64,000 nucleotides of DNA from Botryllus schlosseri (taxonomy: Eukaryota): positions 1,240,001 to 1,304,000 of the forward strand of contig CM119372.1 of the NCBI GenBank assembly GCA_051294905.1, given 5' to 3'. Position 1 is the stretch's first letter; each line of letters opens with the position of its first letter. The position numbers and the translations under genes are program-made. The notes beneath the pieces were generated by a model. The model was not told the origin of the DNA, did not search any database, and saw only the letters and a program-made list of their open reading frames with translations. Shown here one piece after another: positions 1 through 12,196 of the stretch.

Positions 1-635
1 GGCTCATTGAAATTGGTCTACATTACACTTTCCATTTAGTCAAAGGCAATTTGATGGTACATTGTGACCGGCTTGCCGAACATTAAGTTGGATAAATCAT
101 TTGGCGAGCCATGAAAAATCATCTCGCGTGCCACAAATGGCGGGTTAGGGTTGCCGACCCCTAATCGCTGGTTGATTGATCGTCCGGCTAGTTAGAAAAC
201 TCAATGTTGCATAACGATTAACCATGAACATCTACGGAGAACGCTGGTGACGATTTTCGATTAAATGTAGACTACCATACGACCGCTAACGACGTGACCA
301 CATATTCATAAATCAGACTTTGATGCACAGACAGAGCTTTTAATGTACCGATGCTCCGAATCAGTTTCCCGTAGTCCATGGCACACGCATCTACTCTCAG
401 CGCCTTCCAATTTGTAGCTAGCTCCCCTTCTAGGTTGCAAACACCCCTATAGATTTTATTACTCGTCGACAATTGGTACAAGCTTAAAATTGTATCATAT
501 GGATTGTGTATCGAAGAATCGCATCATATAAATATGTTTCTGAGGTTTTATATTCCATCATCTATTTGGCTGATGTAGTTTAGCAGTTATACGTATTTGA
601 ACAGCTTCTTTGAGGTACAGAACTTCAATATACAA

Positions 636-1105
636 TTGAATAGTATATTCATATTAAAATGAACCCGAATATTTTCGGCTGACACTCGTCAGGGGTAATC
701 GTCAGCAACTAGTAGAGAATTCGAAAGAACAGCGTATATCAACAATCGTAACACAAAATATGACGTCACCAGCACGAAATGTCGAATACGAGAGCGTTCA
801 ATGTACTATTTTTAGATGATACACGAACTCTTTTTGTTGACACAGCCTTGGCTTGGAGCTTGGAGTCGACTTTTATCAAAATACTCCAGCCAAGGCTGTG
901 TCAACAAAAAGAGTTCGTGTATCATCTAAAAATAGTACATTGAACGCTCTCGTATTCGACATTTCGTGCTGGTGACGTCATATTTTGTGTTACGATTGTT
1001 GATATACGCTGTTCTTTCGAATTCTCTACTAGTTGCTGACGATTATCCCTGACGAGTGTCAGCCGAAAATATTCGGGTTCATTTTAATATGAATATACTA
1101 TTCAA
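636..1105. repeat. Long near-perfect inverted repeat (foldback MITE, family A)
   Basis: Arms 636-853 and 888-1105, 218 bp each, one mismatch found, 34-bp spacer. GTTATACGTAT is repeated at 586-596 and 1106-1116. Confidence 0.95.
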
Positions 1106-2383
1106 GTTATACGTATATACAGAAGCCGTGCAACACCCCATTGAAGCTATAAATAACTCGCCATTCATTACTCGATCCGACTTAATAGCGACTCAATCAT
1201 CATGTAGAATGCCCCGCACTTCGATATGACTTTGTGCCTGGACTTGAGACACCTCCAAAAACGAGCGACATGACTCGAGTCAAAACGTGTAATGAAAATC
1301 TCCGTGATCCCAACGCTGTCTACTTTGGAAAAGCTGAAAAATTTCTAGTTGTCATATTGCAATCAACAAGGCGCGGGCTGTCTACGTTCTACAATGCCCG
1401 ATGATTTGCGAGTCACAGGTTGTAGATGCACATTGCACACCCAGTGTAGCCAGCTTGATTGTACGTCCGCCCGATTTACATAAATCTTCTCAATTCCTTT
1501 CCAACTTAGCTTCAACACGTCCCTAGTCAGATTGTAACAACGACATCGCACAACATAACCGTTGTTTATAAACCGCGCATCAGAATGTGACAGTACACCA
1601 GCAAATCGTTGAGACATCGCAGAATAGCGACCAAATATACAAAATCGTAACGGTTATCGTTGTGGTCGCAACATTTCAGGTCAAAATGAAATTTTCACCT
1701 CAGAACAGAGTTGGAATCACCATGAAATGCAAACGATTAAAATCAAATAGGTATTTGCACAAATGAATTATACATTCTCAAGATTAGTTCGCAAAATCCA
1801 GTTTCTAACTAGGAGCATCAGAACACATTTTCGATTACCAAAGCTGACATGTTGTAACCTGTGAGCCGAACATTTGCAGACAATCCTTCGGTTCAGGAAG
1901 CTACTTTTATACTGATCTAAAGGAATACATGGAGAGAGAATATTCTCATTGTACAATATGCGAGAAAAAACGTTCCTTTTTGACAGTAATAGAGCTGCAT
2001 TAATGTGGGACGCTTTTCAAAAAATCAAGAATTGGCTGATTTTCAAGTTTTCTGGGGTAGCGATTGATAGTTTGATGAAATTTTTGCCCAGCCGTAATCA
2101 CTTCTCATGCCAGAACAAGGAGTATGTTCCGAAAACGTGTCAAAACCTTGGCAAAAATGATTCAGACTCAAAATCCGGTACTGGCGTTCAAAGGAATGAT
2201 AACGTTGGCGGAATGCAGCAACATTAAAACTTACGTTCGAAAAAAAAAATAGGAATGGCGAATACGTAGACATAAGAAAAGCACAATGGCAAAATGAAGC
2301 GTTGGATCACGCTTTTTGGTCCGTCAAGAAAAGTCGACAATAACAGAAGATGAATCGTGTCGAGCTTCAAAAAGCGCTGTCTT

Positions 2384-5300
2384 TTAGACTTGAGCTTTTG
2401 AGAAGGAAACCCGCAAATGATTGGAGTCGCTCAGCTTGAAGTTGTGGAGATTCTGAAAATTAATGTTTTTTAAATCCCTGGTAAAGTTAACTTACTGCTA
2501 CATCGACATAATAACGTTATTAAGAGATCATAAGTAATAAAATAGAAATTCCCAGGGCTGTAATGTCATTTTCTTAAAATTGGAAAATGATTCGACTCGA
2601 GACTGTTTGTGTATTGACTCGACTTGTACTCGAGTCATTGCGCATGACCCAAACCAAGTCTCGTGTATTAGGACGAATAAGTAATTGAAAGTTAGGTCCA
2701 GCGAGGCCTTAGATATCTAATTCTAATCAAATATGGAGAAACTGAAAATCTTCTAGTAATTCTAGTTCAATTCGCTCACCACCAGCGCTTCAACGGCTTC
2801 TTCGACGGACGTCATCTGAATCAAGGCCATTCGACGATCTTTCCTACAAATGCAGTAATATTACAGAAATCAAGTTCGTGCAAAACGCTAAAATCTTGTT
2901 TATCTTACTGGAAAAATTTGAAGCCTTTCACGTTTCCGTACTTGGAGAATTCGTCCTTCAGGAAATCCTCTGTGATTTCGTTTCTGGAACACACGAGACA
3001 AGGGTGTAATCGATACAGAGATTAATTTTAACAGAAAATTAACGATCGGATACTCACGGAATGTTCGAGAGATGCAGAACTTGAGAAGGGGGGTAGATAT
3101 TCTGGAAATTCTTAGACCCGGGCTTCTTGAAGCGATGCAGCGACGAATTTGTGTAATCCTGCAAAAATAATTAGCATGTCGAGAGACTCTATGAGGTACA
3201 GAACTTCAATATACAATTGAATAGTATAATCGTACTGAAATAAATCCGAATATTTTCGGTTAAAACTCGCAAGGGTTAATAGTCAGCAACTAGTAGAGAA
3301 TTGGAAAGGACATCGTATATCAACAATCGTATCACAAAATACGACGTCACCGGCATGATATTTCTAATAATCAGAGCGAAGAGAGCGCTTGAACTATTTT
3401 CTAGATGGCACAAAAACTCTTTTTGTAGGCGCAGACTTGGTTGTCGAATTTTGATAGAAGTCGACTCCTCGGCACCCAAATGAGAGTGTGAGCGGCCTCT
3501 CCCGCCAACACGAAATCTGTCGTACCGATCATTTTTCAGGTAAACAGGATTATCCCTTAAAAGTATCGGCCCAAAATATTTGGTATATTTCAATGTCCGC
3601 ATATTATTCAATTGGAAATAGTTAGCATTAGATGCTTTTTCCAAACACCGTTCCTTACCTGTGTCAGATTCGCAGCTTCCTGGCCCTCTCTCGGCATCTG
3701 CACTTGACTGTGCTTCGATAACACGACGTGCATCTGCTTCCCGAACAACTTCAAACCGTTCAAATGACGTAGAGCTGGAATTGCGTCACAGACACATTCA
3801 GTTTTACGGAACATAAACGTAATCTATTTCCCCCGAACTTACCCAGTTGCGCCTGAGTGGCATCGTTCATCTGTACGAGAGCGCTGTCCTTCTTTTGGTA
3901 AAGTATCTTCACCCTGATGCAGTCGCCATACACCCCTTTGCAACAGGTAGAGTATTATTAGCATTCCATCATCCATGCCACAGTGACAATGGTGTCGCGA
4001 ACATGCATTCGCCAAAAGTAGAAGCGACAGAATTGAAAAAGTATCGAGAAAGTTGACGAATCGGACACAAAGCTATTCCTGGCAATGTTCCTAGTCAGAT
4101 AAAATCTAGCAACACAATCATCAAGACCGAAGTAAGAAACAGTCGTGTTAGTAAGGATCAGAGGCGGCCTAAAGCAGTCAGCCTTGATAATCCAAAATGT
4201 AGATGCGGTACTGCAAATTTCCGCTGAATTACAAGAAGTAGCGATTTCAAATGCACGTCAAAACTTCATAAAGTGCAAGTAGAAAACGACAGGTCTTAAA
4301 ATACTCGGTTTAGTAGCTGCATAGAGCAGATTCGGTCGTGGGGACGTCTAGTAAGCAGTTTTGTCTGAAACTGTACCAGTTGACCAGTAGTCTGAAAATA
4401 TAGCTACTTGACTAAGTAGTGTGAGGAAAAGCACTCCATGACTGAGACGGACCGAAAATAGTCAGTTGAGATGACAAAGTGAAATATCGGCAGAGAAAAA
4501 CGTTAGCAAGATAATTATCGTTAACGATCTGGAGAGGATGGGATTCCACCAATCTGTCACAAATTCATGATAATTCGGGTATACAGACGTTAAGGTTTGC
4601 AAAGGGGGTCAGTCTTGACTGGCGCTTCTCAGTACCAGGGCTTGGCAATATCGAGTACCGAACGATTCGAGTTGAGCATCAATCATTCTGACATCGTAAC
4701 AATAAGGAAGAATATTTCAAACTTCAAATATGCACCTTTTTGACAGGTAAATATAAGGATAATTTTGTATTTTCATCGACCACACCAATTTCATTGCACT
4801 TTACGACAAGACAATGCCGTGGGTTGACCACTATGCCAAAGATTTGTCCTTTCTAGTACTTTGTACTACATATTTATGTACTGCGATACAAACAATCGAG
4901 GTTTCAAGGCCTTCACAGTGGAAAATAGCATCGAAACTATCATATTCGTTGATATATTAACTATGAGTGGCAAGGAGCATATCATTTCAGTACTCGAATC
5001 ATTGTGCCCAACCCTGATCACAATGCGGCACCACGTCACAACGGTATGCTGAAAGAAATTGCGCGTTGAGAAGTCGAAGATAAACGAGAGAGTCACAAAA
5101 GAGACAAGAAAGCGTCATCCACGTACCAAACAGTATAAAGAGCGCTTGAGGTGTGACCATCTGTCAAAAGTAGTGGAAGATTTTTGAGTCAGGATGAGTC
5201 AGCAGGATTCCAGATTTCAGCGATTTGAAGAAGTGAAAATCGACGAGGAGAAACAAAAAATCAACATTTCATTAATTTTCGGCATAAAATCAAATAGGGC

Positions 5301-8300
5301 CTAGCGTGCGCCGGTTAAGCATTTGTCTCGTTTCGAGATAGCGATAACAATTAATAGGTAGAGACTTTTATAGGCTCAGAACTTCAACGAATAATATAAT
5401 CATATTGAAATAAACCCGGATATTTTCAGCTGACACTCGTCAGACTTAATCGTGAGCAACTAATAGAGAATTGAAAAAAATACTTTAACAGTACTTTGCA
5501 TACCGTATCAACAATTGTATCACTAAATCGGATTGTAGATAGTCTACACAATGTTTTGTTCAATTCTCTTCTAATTGCTGACAATTACCTCTGTCGAGTG
5601 TCAGCCGGAGATATTTTGGTTTATTTCAAAATAAATATACAATTCGACTGTGAAAAAGTTCTGTGCCTACCAGAGTCGCTTCAAGTAAATAAAAATGTCT
5701 TCATTTGCTTCCAAGATATCGCAACAGAACAGATGTCTATCAGAAATTCTCTCATATTTCCGCAAATCCAGACTACAAGCAACTGAATCACAAAGGTTCT
5801 TCATCATGAATTGAGAGGTCTTACAGTATCGAATCGAATTTATGGAAGTTTTCGAAATACGTTAACATTCTCCAACGATACACGGTTATATAGTAAGCAA
5901 TCAAACTGAGATTGAAATAATTGCAGCCATGACTGTGGAAGTTCAGATACTAGTATGCAATCCCAAGTTTATAATCTCCGCTCCGCTATAACAAATTGAA
6001 AATAAATTAAAATTTGATAAATATACTAGTACAGCAGTAAGCTACTTCGCTACTTCGCTTTCTTTCCTCCATCCCCAAACCAGCCATTAAGACATTCTCA
6101 GAGCAAAAGCAAGTTAAACCATCACATAAGCTGAATACGCAATAACTAATTAATGTACCATCATGTTTATCTTGTGTTGCATTTATATAATTCTACCATT
6201 CTAACTACCGGATACTGTATAAATCAGTTTTTGAAGTAAAATAACGTTGAATTTTTTCAAAAAGGAGAAAAATAGGGGGCCGCTGGTTTGGTTCATGTCT
6301 GATTTCTTCATATCAACCTATGAAGTATAGAATGAAATCTGCAAAATGATACTTACATCTTGGTTCAGATTGGAAACGTGCAAAACTGTATTTTGCTGGA
6401 GACCAGTCATTGCCGCAAGCTGAGCCGCAATGGCGGTGTTTGTCAGAGCGCCTCCAAGATCTGTAAAGGTATTTGCCGGAGTAGGAAACACCTCTATCCG
6501 CAATGGTGCCATTTCATAGCATTCATTCTTATGAAATCATACCAAATTTCAATACATACCCAAACCACGGTTGCAAAACTAGAACTAGACTAGAATTAGA
6601 ATAACTGAATTCTCAAAAACTTGGAAATTGAATTGAATGACGAATCGGAAAGAAATGGTACGAGAATGGCAAATGCCCCCACACAGAGCTTGGCTCAATT
6701 CGTACTATACCATTACCCTGTTGCATTTTCAGGAAAACCAGAAATTAGATTTGGTAGTTTTAATTCTAATATAATTTTGGCAAAATTTTGCTGCTTCAAT
6801 TCTGATCTTAACATGATTTGCAAAAATTTCGTAGCTATGATTCTAATCTTGATCTAATTTTGAAAAAATCGCGTACCCATAATCCTAATTCTAATCGAAT
6901 TAAAAAAAAATCGTGCGTGAATAATTCAAATTCTAATCTTGATCAAATTTGGAAATAACGTGTAGGCCTAGCTGTAATTCCAATTTTAATCTAATTTTGA
7001 AAAGATTCACTATGAACCTAATTCCAATCTCATTTGAAAAAGCTGAAATTCTTCAACCATCCTTGAACAAAAAGCACAAACTCACTTGGATTTTGCAAGG
7101 CGCCCTGCAGATATTGAGCCGCGGTTCCAGATTGCAGTGCCGCGGTCAGACCGGAAGCTGTGAATTGTTGCTGGTACGGATTTGGCATCAACGCAGACGA
7201 GCTAGCTGTTGGGTAGGGAATTCATTTTGTCACTATCAAACACATCCAACTAAACTCAGAATACAGCGGCCCAAATCGCTGGTGACCTACCCAAAACAGT
7301 TTGCAGCGCGTCCGGCCCGTCCCCAGCCGGCAGATCCGACCTGGTGTAGTCTCTGCTTTTGTCGTTGTTGTACTTTACGTTAAGTGCAGTCATTTTGCTG
7401 TATTCCACTCGCAGTGTACAGCACGCGTTGTAGATGTTTTGCCCGTCCAAAGACTGAAACGAATTGCAATAGAGTCACAGACCGACTGAGTTTCATATAT
7501 GTAGGGAGGGATTAAAGAATTTTCCTCACCAATTTAGCGGTCTGAGACTGTACGGCGTCTCCCATTTGAATCAAAGCTTGGAATTGATCTGTAAAGCAAA
7601 TGCGGTCGCAATAACAGTCTTGTGCATTACAAACTACCACAATCTAGTTAGTGTTCAACTAACTACTCTTTTTCGAGTAGTTCTAGTTCCAGTTCTGGTT
7701 GCGCAATCTGGAAACCCAGCAGTAGAAGTCTGCAACACTCACTGTTTTTCGTGAACGTTATGATCTTCAGCACGACTCCAAACTTTGAGAATATCGTATT
7801 GAGCACGTCCAAAGTGACAGGGTAGATCATGTTTTCGATAACCACTCGCAGCACGTGATTGGTTCCGCCCTCGGTCTGCTGCAGAGCTTGCAACACGGCC
7901 TGCGCTTTCTGTGACCAGAAGAAATGGAAGCGTAACATTCAGGCATTTGTGATAGGGGGCGAGATGTAGCGAGGGGTGGCCAAAGCAGTCAGCGTTGTTA
8001 CTCATACAGAAGTAACGATCTCTAAAATGTGTCAAATCTAAATCGAGTGGCATTAGACATTGAAAGCTCTGAAAAGTGGACAAGCTAAATAACAGCTACA
8101 TAATATCATAATTATCATCAGAGGCTGTCAAAGCAGCCATCGTTGGTACCAAAGTATAAATAGAACAGTTAATTTTCACTCAAGCAGAAGTAGAAAGCGA
8201 TTTCCAAATAGGTAAAAATGAAATTACTATAGTCTTTGGAGGCGATAAAAGTGGTCAGCATTACTACTAAAATAGAAGAAGTAAATTTGCATACATCTAC

Positions 8301-9854
8301 TCAAACCACAAGTAGAAATATCAAAACTGCAACAGGCGGAACTAGAAACAGAAAGGTCTGAAAAGCAGGAGAGTATTCCCAAAAAGAAAGTTGGTTGAGG
8401 GGTCGCAATAAATCCGAGAAATGCAAGATATATATCGTACAACTAACACGAAATGATTAACGACAATACAAATAGGTGCAAGGTGCAATCTTCAAAAACA
8501 TATTCCTTTACCATGACGACATGATACAGGGGGCTGTTTCACACACTTTTCATAACAATTTCACTCGTGAAAGTAAACGGACTTTCAACAAAAACTACTC
8601 GAAGTTCAAAGTGAAAAAGTCAGTGCTTCCGTTACAATCATCATAACCTAATCATGTTTAGAGCTTCGGATTCAGTTTGAGAATTGATTCCACATCTCTA
8701 CTTACGGTGGCCAAGTCGCTACCACTATACATGAAGACGGAATTTACCAGTTGGTTCGGCGAGCTGTCAGTCTTGAGCTCCTTGTGATTCGAGTATTGTA
8801 CGTAGACCGTTCTCTGCCGGACCGCAGGCGGGGATACAGCGCAACTCGTCACCATTCTCTGGGCAGTGTCTTCGTCTTCCATCTCCAGAAACGCTTGATT
8901 TTTACCCTAAATAGACCCGTTGCAAACTTCTCTGTGATCACCATGTCCATAGTTATATAATATATTTGGGCCTACGAACAGAGGTGGTCTATCCTTAGTA
9001 CCAAAACGAAAGTGTCCAAAGACACTTTTGGATGTACAGAACTTCAGTACCGTATACAATTGAAATTTATATTGATATTGAAATAAACCCAAATATTTCC
9101 GGCTGACACTCGTAAATGGTAATCGTCAGCATCCAGAAGTGAATTGAAAAGAACATTTGCATACAATTGTTGATATCAAAAGTGATTTCTAATTCTCAAG
9201 TAATGCCGTCAATTACAATTCTAGCACAAGCAGAATTGATGATTTTTAACGCAGCACATAACGATTTTGTTGGAAAAATTAATTGAAGGCTTGTAAAGCT
9301 TTCAAATAGTTTTAAAAGAATAACGAGTGATAAAACCGCAAAAAAGTAAGAAAATATTGAAATCTACTGTACCTTAAGCATGAGTACGTTGGTCACTTTC
9401 CCGTAATTCATTCCCAGCTGGATAACCTCGGAATCGGTGACGTCGGCGGGTAAATTCCGCAAATGAACCACTTTCGAGACGGGGCCGAGACTGGCCGGTT
9501 CCGTTCTCATCTGGCGTGACAAATACCAAATTCAAGACACAGAGACAGACAATTTTATCAATTAGCCAGTACAATTTGAGGAAAAAAGTCATTTTTGAAC
9601 ACCCTAATAAGTGTCGCATGCTGATATAAGATGTAACACGACTTCGTAACTCTGAATCTAACTAACCAAAAATAAGTCCGTAAGTCAAACCCCAACTTTA
9701 ACCAACATGTTGAAATGTTGATTAGCCATACCAGTGTCCACGGACCCACTTTTAGCTCACGGTGTCAGATCGGACCGCAAAAAATGGAACTCACCTTTTT
9801 AGCTCCGTTATCAAGCGAACCAGCAAATAGATGCGCCACATCGTCGCTGTTTCT
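2384..9854 (-). CDS. PTBP1: Polypyrimidine tract-binding protein (PTB/hnRNP I), four RRMs; 15 core coding exons
   Basis: Minus-strand exons, all GT-AG and phase-compatible: 9795-9854, 9373-9510, 8748-8906, 7743-7908, 7530-7588, 7291-7453, 7086-7205, 6357-6460, 5127-5160, 3843-3935, 3659-3774, 3058-3158, 2909-2983, 2780-2843, 2384-2452 (1521 nt, 506 aa plus TAA). Diagnostic PTB peptides: [104 protein letters not shown]. Probably co-orthologous to vertebrate PTBP1/2/3. Confidence 0.96.
5127..5160 (-). CDS. PTBP1: PTB 34-nt exon in RRM3 (counterpart of vertebrate PTBP1 exon 11 / PTBP2 exon 10)
   Basis: ttttgacag|ATGGTCACACCTCAAGCGCTCTTTATACTGTTTG|gtacgt encodes [11 protein letters not shown](G) and is needed to keep frame between exons 6357-6460 and 3843-3935. 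Confidence 0.93.
5361..5680. mobile_element. Family A palindromic MITE copy
   Basis: Arms carry the core AGAACTTCAA...GCTGACACTCGTCAG...CAACTAxTAGAGAATT and its reverse complement. Other copies or half copies near 3183-3440, 9020-9170, 10780-10870, 13253-13320, 19620-19715, 26530-26670, 35335-35640, 38240-38290 and 42110-42200 (boundaries approximate). Confidence 0.8.
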
Positions 9855-9944
9855 CTGAAATGAAAGCAACAGCCGATTATCGCGATGCACCAGCAAATAT
9901 TTCAACAAAACGTTTCCCACAAGCATCGAACGAAAGTGTTGCAA

Positions 9945-10360
9945 TGACACGAGTCAATTTCTTCAATGTGGAAAAATACCCGACTCGAGTCACTTTGTGT
10001 ATTGACTCGAGTCATTGCGCACCACTCGACCAAGTCATATGACTCAATTAAGACAGCCCTGAAGAAAAATTAGTATATTGTGTGACTGTTGAGGCTCGAG
10101 CCTACAAAGCATTCGATATCACCCAGGCAGAGCTGTAAAAAAAGTGAGTCAAACATGACTTGAACTCGAGACTGAACAGTGAACACTATGACTCGGAGTG
10201 TACTTGGTGGTGAATTGAAAATTACTCGACTTGACTAGAGTTAAAACTATAAAAGTCAGACTCAAGGCCAAGTACCAAGTACTATGACTCAGACTCTTAC
10301 TCAAGTCTAAACACCAAGACTCGGTGGTGAGTTGAAAACAACTGAACTTGAGTCAAAACA
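9945..10360. repeat. Dispersed repeat rich in the palindrome GACTCGAGTC
   Basis: Clusters of GACTCGAGTC/GACTTGA motifs here and near 1165-1280, 2552-2663, 25340-25490 and 25607-25712. Confidence 0.65.
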
Positions 10361-10393
10361 ATATGTAAGATTGACACCCTGGCTCACACTCAC

Positions 10394-10564
10394 CTTGGTG
10401 CCAACCATCGTAGTCTCATAGATAGCGTGCTGTTGCATTGGTGCAATCGAGGTGGTCAAGGATAGCGGGGCACAAGAACCAGGCATTACTTGCGGTACTG
10501 TCATCAACTGTGGAGCCCCGGGTGTTGCCGTGGTGCCCTGCAGGGGCAGAAACACCACGGACAT
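10394..10564 (-). CDS. PTBP1: Proximal N-terminal exon of PTB ending in ...MVGTK
   Basis: Ends AAG|gtgagt at 10394 and joins RNSDD in phase 0, like vertebrate VGTK-RGSDE. First in-frame ATG is at 10564, with an in-frame TAA at 10625-10627. Candidate acceptors precede 10537 (cccctgcag) and 10733 (tttccag), so the 5' boundary is uncertain. Confidence 0.75.
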
Positions 10565-10908
10565 CGGCGACGGGCCCAGATGATTCAGGGTGCCGTTTAA
10601 CTCCGACAGACTCACAGAAAAGGGTTAACACCCGGCTTGAAGCGGTCTAATCTGATTTTCGGGGAGCTGAGGTCATTAAGTATCTAGCGTTTGGAAAAAT
10701 TGCAACACCGGTAAAAATACGATTATAGTTAGTCTGGAAATGAAGCAAAACAATGTTTAGTTTAATATCCACTTGTAAATACTCTTGGAGGTACCGAGCT
10801 TCAGTATGGGATTAAATAATATATTCATATTGAAGTAAACACAAATATTTTCGGCCGACACTGGTCAGGGGTGACTTTTTTCTCAAATCGTACTGGCTAC
10901 TTGATACA

Positions 10909-12196
10909 CCGTAAACCGGGGTAACTTTGGACTTAAGGGTAACTTTGGACACTAAGCAGTAAAAGATTTAAATGGTTATTGATGAAAAAGGGTTGCCGCT
11001 GGATGTCCAATTCTTTTTCATGAGGCAACAGTACTACAAGTAGTCTCTATAAAAGGTGGGTTCATTTCACTACCAGATAAACTTGACCCAACATCGATAA
11101 ATTAATGGAGGGGGTCAATTTTGTCAAAATTGATGGCCAATAAACTTCTTACAGCCAAACATAGATAGCATGTGATTCACAGATTCAAAACTTGGCAGCA
11201 GATACCTCAAGTAGTCTTAATCCATGGCCAAAATCTCAGTGGGCTCACACTTAGATCAATACAAGAAAATGTGATGTCCAAAGTTACCCCGTCAAATTTT
11301 ATCAGAACGGGGCAACTTTGGACAGTGAAAAATGTGATATTTAGAGCTCTGGAAAGTGGCTGCTTCATCTGTGTCAAAGGGTATCGTCAACTATATTCCT
11401 TATGACCGGCCTGATGGCTTCTTAAAATGGAATGAGAAGGTTAATAAATTAAGAGTTTGCCAAAATATGAAAAAATGGGTAGGCAATGAGCTGAGAGATT
11501 GTAATCGGGTGTAAGCTACTTGAAAAACTTATCACAAACTCCTAAAGATGCGCCTGCTGAATATGGGATATCGTAAATTACGACAAATATATCCATCAGA
11601 GGACATAGGAAAGGAAAAATATATCTTTTCTAGAACAGTTATATATTCGAAATCGCCAATAAATCACGCTAACATACTTAATGTTTGCTGTTGATTGCTG
11701 ACACTGCCAGTGGGATACCCCATTGTCACCATACGTTATTATAAGTCCCAATTAGTGAAGGCATAAGGGAAAATTGAGTAAAGGGATGAATAAGGGGGCA
11801 TTAGCCTTCATAAACTACCTATTTTTTTGGGGGGGGGGATTAGGTAAAAATCATGCAATAGGCCAGACATATACTATTTTGTTTCAGTTTTAGTCACTGC
11901 TCTCATCAACTCTTACCAAATCAGCCTCATTTACGAGGTTTCATAAACAATAGAGGGTAAAGGCATACAAAAAACTACATTGTCCAAAGTTACCCCACAT
12001 GCACGGGTAACTTTGGACACGGATAATTTACAAAAATAAGGTACTTATTTATGACCATGAAGATTTTGGATTAGTTGATTCTAATCTTTGCTCCATGACT
12101 CCAAAAAAACACAAAACTTGCCTCCCCCACACCCTAGCATTCCCAAGATACAAAGCGGAATTGTTGAGAATTGTCCAATGTTACCCCGGTTTACGG
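10909..12196. mobile_element. Non-autonomous DNA transposon, Tc1/mariner-pogo-like TIRs, about 1.29 kb
   Basis: 24-bp TIR CCGTAAACCGGGGTAAC(T/A)TTGGAC at both ends, with GGTAACTTTGGAC-type repeats internally near 10938, 11276, 11310, 11982 and 12005. No transposase ORF. Confidence 0.8.
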
